64,000 bases of DNA. Source: Candidatus Latescibacterota bacterium. Lineage in GTDB: Bacteria > Latescibacterota > UBA2968. Shown one piece after another: positions 59,721 through 64,000 of this stretch. The position numbers and the translations under genes are program-made. Position 1 is the first letter of the stretch; each line of letters begins with the position of its first letter. The notes beneath the pieces were generated by a model. That model had not been told where the DNA came from and did not search any database. It saw only the letters and a program-made list of their open reading frames with translations. The stretch is taken from positions 1,376,001 to 1,440,000 of the forward strand of contig OZ242320.1 of NCBI GenBank assembly GCA_965208125.1, given 5' to 3'.

Positions 59721-60641
59721 TCACCTCTCCCCCTCCAGCACACGCAACAACACCTCTGTCGTCGTCAGCAGATCCAGCGCATTGTGATGCAAAATATCGC
59801 GCATTTGCACGGCATTTCCCGACTTAACAAACCGGTGATACGCATTGGGAATCTCCGCACCTGGAATATCGCCTTGCCGGGTGCGGCGGCAAATATATTG
59901 TTCCAGAGTCTGCAACTTACAATTGGGCAACTGCCTGCCCCATATACGACGCCCCACATGCAACATATCGATATGCGCTTGTCGCAGCCGAAACGGCACA
60001 CCCATAAACAAACACCGGTCGCGGATATAGGGCAAATCATACGACTTGCCATTAAAGCTCACAATCACCTTCGAAGCATCTAACATGGTGACGAAGTGCG
60101 ACAACGACGCAGCCTCTTCCGTATAATCTCGCGCCAGCAACTGCACAATGCGCAACTCACCATTAAAATGCCCCAACACACCAATCAAAAACAGCGGCGT
60201 ACCAGCCGTCAACCCCGTCGTCTCAATATCGACGTAAATCACATCTTCGGCGCGTACATCAATCAAAGAATGAAACGTATCATACGGATCAGGCGGCACA
60301 TTGCCCGCATGTAACGCGCTTATTGCGCGTTCGTATCGCGCATCAAACGCACGCGCGCCACCGCGCAGAACCTCTTGAACAGTCTGATCAATCAGCAGAA
60401 ATGTACCTGCCGGCGTATGAATCTCCTCGCCCTGCGTCACCTCATCCAGCGCCAGATGCAATCGCGCATCGGACGCAGTAGCCATCACGCGCAAATCGTG
60501 CGGATCAGGCGTACGTCTCTCTCCACGGTCAGACCGAACTTCAGGCTCTACTTGCCCCTCGGCTTCAGAAACCTCATCTGCGTGTTTCAAATCGCGGCGA
60601 TTGAGCGCGGCAATGCGTCTTCTCATCTCATCAGAAATCAT
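59721..60641 (-). CDS. RNase H-like DEDD exonuclease (YprB/MrfB-like)
   Basis: DIETTGL, FNGKSYDLP, HIDML and HN..DL motifs. Confidence 0.85.
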   Translation of the reverse strand: MISDEMRRRIAALNRRDLKHADEVSEAEGQVEPEVRSDRGERRTPDPHDLRVMATASDARLHLALDEVTQGEEIHTPAGTFLLIDQTVQEVLRGGARAFDARYERAISALHAGNVPPDPYDTFHSLIDVRAEDVIYVDIETTGLTAGTPLFLIGVLGHFNGELRIVQLLARDYTEEAASLSHFVTMLDASKVIVSFNGKSYDLPYIRDRCLFMGVPFRLRQAHIDMLHVGRRIWGRQLPNCKLQTLEQYICRRTRQGDIPGAEIPNAYHRFVKSGNAVQMRDILHHNALDLLTTTEVLLRVLEGER

Positions 60642-60757
60642 AAAAACAATATACTCGCACGACAGCCGCTCCGTCAAGGTTATAGAAAAAACCTCGCATA
60701 AACAAAACAGTTAGGTTAAGTTAAAACACATATTTTGAGTGGAGAAGACAGGTCGTT

Positions 60758-61183
60758 ATGAAACGGATCGCAATTATATTTTTCGGATTACTCTTGAGTA
60801 CCTGTGGCACAGAATCGCCCACATCGCCACAGGCAGTGACGGGAATTTACACATTGCAGGCGGTTAAAATTGATTCGGGTCGCGGACGCGCTCTGGTCTA
60901 TCGGAATCGCGAAGCAGAAGAAAATCCGCCCACTGGATTTATCGAATTAAACCCGGACAGAACCTATCGCTTATTCGCGAGCTTTGGCAGTCCGGATCGG
61001 AGTGTTTGGGAGATAGATGGGAATTACGCTGTAAATTCAAAATTTGAAATCACATTTTCCACTCCAGGAAGAAATTTTTCGGGTTTCTTCTACGACAACC
61101 AGAGTCGGATTGCCGTAACAGAATCGCTATCTGGTTCTATTGTACTCCTGGTATTTGAAAGAGATCTGGGGACGTTATCTTAA
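60758..61183 (+). CDS. Small lipoprotein, lipocalin-like beta barrel
   Basis: Lipobox LSTC-G, VTG.Y.L motif. Confidence 0.55.
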   Translation: MKRIAIIFFGLLLSTCGTESPTSPQAVTGIYTLQAVKIDSGRGRALVYRNREAEENPPTGFIELNPDRTYRLFASFGSPDRSVWEIDGNYAVNSKFEITFSTPGRNFSGFFYDNQSRIAVTESLSGSIVLLVFERDLGTLS

Positions 61184-61192
61184 ACCTCTCTA

Positions 61193-62119
61193 TTACACGC
61201 CCAGCACCATCTGCAACAGTGCCATCCGAATAAAAACACCATTGTGTGCCTGGCGAAAATACGCAGCGCGGGGATCTGTATCAACAGCCGGATCAATCTC
61301 ATCAACCCGGGGAAGAGGATGCATCACAATCGCATTCTCCGAAAGTGCCGACATCGTCTCCACATCGATAATATACTTTCCCCGTGCTCTTTCATAATCT
61401 TGTATCCGATCGCCAAACCGCTCCCGCTGAATCCGCGTCTGATACACCACATCCACCTTCGACATCACACTCATCAAATCTTCTTCTTCCTCAAACACCA
61501 CCCCGTGTTGTGTCAGATACGCCTTGATATCATCTCTCATACGCACAACAGCTGGCGCGACAAAATACAACTTCACTCCTTCGTACTTCGTCAACAAATA
61601 AGCCAGTGATCGTGCCGTACGACCATTTGCCAGATCGCCGACCAATGCCACGTGAATACCATCTAACCTGCCGATCTCCTTCTGAATCGTGTACACATCC
61701 AAAAGTGCCTGCGTGGGATGTTGCCCAGGCCCGTCACCCGCATTGATAATAGGAATCGACGCCGCATCTGCTGCTCGCCGCGCAGAGCCGCTCTCGTAGT
61801 GCCGCAACACAATCACATCGGAATACCCCTCTACAATCCGGATCGTATCCTCCAGCGTCTCACCCTTTGCCGCCGAAGAAAACTCCTGCGCGCTCTCCGT
61901 AGTAATCACCTCGCCGCCCAGACGATACATCGCCGCTTCAAAAGACAACCGCGTGCGCGTACTCGGTTCGTAAAACAAAGTCGCCATAATCCGCCGATTC
62001 AAAATATTCGAACCATAACGGCTGACCACATGCTCCATCTCACGCGTCACATTAAAAATCTCATTCATGACATCTCGACTAAATTGCTGCGCCTCAAGCA
62101 CGTGAAACAGACTATCCAT
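61193..62119 (-). CDS. pyrB: Aspartate carbamoyltransferase
   Basis: FYEPSTRTRLSF, HPTQALLD and HPLPR motifs. Confidence 0.97.
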   Translation of the reverse strand: MDSLFHVLEAQQFSRDVMNEIFNVTREMEHVVSRYGSNILNRRIMATLFYEPSTRTRLSFEAAMYRLGGEVITTESAQEFSSAAKGETLEDTIRIVEGYSDVIVLRHYESGSARRAADAASIPIINAGDGPGQHPTQALLDVYTIQKEIGRLDGIHVALVGDLANGRTARSLAYLLTKYEGVKLYFVAPAVVRMRDDIKAYLTQHGVVFEEEEDLMSVMSKVDVVYQTRIQRERFGDRIQDYERARGKYIIDVETMSALSENAIVMHPLPRVDEIDPAVDTDPRAAYFRQAHNGVFIRMALLQMVLGV

Positions 62120-62122
62120 TTC

Positions 62123-62200
62123 CTACCCCCTTGAGTAAAAAAAAACGCCCCCTTGTGAGGGAGCGTTTGTATTCAACCTATTTATTTTGCCAGTCGTCAT
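62123..62200 (-). CDS. Putative pyrB leader peptide (25 aa, PyrL-like placement)
   Basis: ORF MTTGKINRLNTNAPSQGGVFFYSRG runs through the terminator and stops at the pyrB RBS. Confidence 0.4.
   Translation of the reverse strand: MTTGKINRLNTNAPSQGGVFFYSRG
62137..62168 (-). terminator. Attenuator terminator in the pyrB leader
   Basis: CGCTCCCT-CACA-AGGGGGCG hairpin plus U9, 18 nt upstream of the pyrB ATG. Confidence 0.8.
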
Positions 62201-62208
62201 CTGCCCAA

Positions 62209-62237
62209 AATATAGGCGAGAACATTGGCTTTTGCAA
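62209..62237 (-). promoter_or_regulatory. pyrB promoter
   Basis: TTGCAA-17bp-TATATT. Confidence 0.6.
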
Positions 62238-62268
62238 GAGGAAAAAACGCGTGAAAATTGACCACAAG

Positions 62269-62297
62269 TTGACACAAACCCAAAATCAGGGTATCAT
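62269..62297 (+). promoter_or_regulatory. glyQS promoter
   Basis: TTGACA-17bp-TATCAT. Confidence 0.7.
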
Positions 62298-62311
62298 TTG
62301 ACCTCTGATTC

Positions 62312-62383
62312 GGGACGGCACGGGGGCCGTCCCCTACACGGACACGATCATTGCATGTAGGGGCGGTGCCCCTGTGCCCGCCC
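62312..62383. repeat. Pair of inverted REP family A elements in the glyQS leader
   Basis: GGGACGGCACGGGGGCCGTCCCCTACA (62312-62338) and GTAGGGGCGGTGCCCCTGTGCCCGCCC (62357-62383). Confidence 0.8.
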
Positions 62384-62430
62384 GCTACCCTTTGACCGCT
62401 GACCACGATCCACCAACCGAGGAACCAACC

Positions 62431-64000
62431 GTGAGCAACCACCTGCACTTTCAAGACCTGATCATGCGCCTCGAGCGCTTCTGGGCCGACAACGGCTGTA
62501 TAATCTGGCAACCCTACAGCGAAAAAGTAGGCGCAGGCACCATGAACGCGGCCACTGTATTGCGCGTCCTTGGACCCGAACCGTGGAACGTTGCCTATGT
62601 TGAACCCTCCTATCGCCCCGACGATGGGCGCTTTGGTGAAAACCCCAATCGCATGCAAATGCACACCCAGTATCAGGTCATCCTCAAACCCGACCCCGGC
62701 AACCCGCAGGAACTGTATCTCAAAAGCCTCGGAGCACTGGGACTCGATTGCAAAGCACACGACATCCGCTTTGTCGAAGACAATTGGGAATCCCCCGCTC
62801 TGGGTGCCTGGGGTCTCGGCTGGGAAGTGTGGTTAGACGGCATGGAAATCACGCAATTTACCTATTTCCAGCAGGCAGGCGGCATGCAACTCGACCCCGT
62901 TGCCGTCGAAATCACCTACGGTCTTGAACGCATTGCCATGTACCTTCAAGGCGTGGATGAAGTCTGGCAATTGCAGTGGAATGACACGGTAACTTATGGC
63001 GACATCCTCAAAAAACAAGAAATAGAATACTGCAACTACGAATTCTACTGGGCCGACGTCAACCGCCTCAAATCCATGTACGACATCTTTATAGCCGAAG
63101 CACAGGCAGCCCTCGACTGCGACCTCGTCATTCCCGCACACGACTACGTCATTCGCTGCTCGCACACCTTTAATCTGCTCGACACGCGCGGTGCCATTGG
63201 CGTAACTGAACGCGCCCGTTTTTTTGCTCAAATGCGCGACCTCTCGCGCCAAATAGCCGAAGCCTATGTCAAACAGCGCGAAGACCAGGGACATCCCCTC
63301 ATCAAACCATTAAAGGACGAATCCCCACTGGTATCCAAACCCGAAGATCCGCCCGAATTAAACGCCGCCGATCTCCTGCTCGAAATCGGCTCTGAAGAAC
63401 TGCCACCTGCCGATGTCGTCAGCGCCATAGCACAACTCGAAAAACTGCTACCCGAACACCTCGACGAAGCAAATCTCACGTACGACAGCATCGAAGTCAG
63501 CGGCACGCCGCGCAGACAATATGCCATCGTCAAAAATCTGCTGGGACGGCAACCCGATGAAATCAAACAAGCGCGCGGACCAGCCATCCGCATCGCCTAC
63601 GACAATGACGGCAACCCCACCCGAGCACTTCAGGGATTCGCCCGCGGACAGGGCATTGATCCATCAGCAGTGGAACAGCGCGACGACTACGTCTGGGCGG
63701 GTATCACCATTTACGGGCGCAAAACCCAGGAAATCCTCTCTGAACTGCTGCCCGAACTCATCGCCAAACTCAGCTTTGGCAAAACCATGCGCTGGGATTC
63801 CAATGGAATCGCATATCCGCGTCCCCTCCGCTGGATTGTCGCCCTCTTTGGTGACCAAATCATCCCATTCACTTATGCGCGCGCAACAGCAGGACGCACG
63901 AGCCGCGGACTGCGCCCCAATGCCTCGCCAGAAATCGAAATCGCTTCTGCTTCTGACTATCGCGCGCAAATGCAAAAACACGGCATCGTAATCAACCGCG
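62431..64000 (+). CDS. glyQS: Glycine-tRNA ligase, fused alpha+beta chains, 3' truncated; missing from the ORF track
   Basis: GTG start; alpha motifs GAGT, GENPNR and [10 protein letters not shown] run in frame into beta motifs [14 protein letters not shown] and KTMRW. Confidence 0.93.
   Translation, partial: MSNHLHFQDLIMRLERFWADNGCIIWQPYSEKVGAGTMNAATVLRVLGPEPWNVAYVEPSYRPDDGRFGENPNRMQMHTQYQVILKPDPGNPQELYLKSLGALGLDCKAHDIRFVEDNWESPALGAWGLGWEVWLDGMEITQFTYFQQAGGMQLDPVAVEITYGLERIAMYLQGVDEVWQLQWNDTVTYGDILKKQEIEYCNYEFYWADVNRLKSMYDIFIAEAQAALDCDLVIPAHDYVIRCSHTFNLLDTRGAIGVTERARFFAQMRDLSRQIAEAYVKQREDQGHPLIKPLKDESPLVSKPEDPPELNAADLLLEIGSEELPPADVVSAIAQLEKLLPEHLDEANLTYDSIEVSGTPRRQYAIVKNLLGRQPDEIKQARGPAIRIAYDNDGNPTRALQGFARGQGIDPSAVEQRDDYVWAGITIYGRKTQEILSELLPELIAKLSFGKTMRWDSNGIAYPRPLRWIVALFGDQIIPFTYARATAGRTSRGLRPNASPEIEIASASDYRAQMQKHGIVINR

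Noticed and set aside
62298-62430. T-box riboswitch upstream of glyQS
   Set aside because: The leader is short, is explained by two REP elements, and has no T-box consensus or terminator

Overview
Bacterial chromosomal window with about 50 genes. The lineage is inferred, not proven, to be Latescibacterota/Poribacteria-like, from a dockerin-like double EF-hand surface protein, many sulfatases and PhyH enzymes, and dense toxin-antitoxin modules. Most of the window is catabolic or housekeeping: a ~13 kb minus-strand catabolic operon, sulfatases, mmsA, proA, pckA, monomeric icd, pyrB and a fused glyQS. Accessory DNA includes a frameshifted solo tnpB (IS200/IS605) whose right end supplies the stop codon of a polysaccharide-lyase gene, three TA pairs, a DUF4268 nuclease, a ~6 kb defence-like island and several intergenic repeat families. 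Two loci are the best candidates for undescribed systems. (i) Two tandem three-way-junction RNAs sharing an identical CUAAUAA hairpin loop sit upstream of a sigma-region-4-only HTH gene (3341-4097). (ii) A two-gene membrane-anchored module (38335-41202) pairs a degenerate tandem-VOC/coiled-coil/TM protein with a duplicated PD-(D/E)XK-like nuclease/glycine-zipper protein, next to a HEPN RNase. No CRISPR array, rRNA or tRNA was seen. All family calls are motif recognition by eye, with no database searches.
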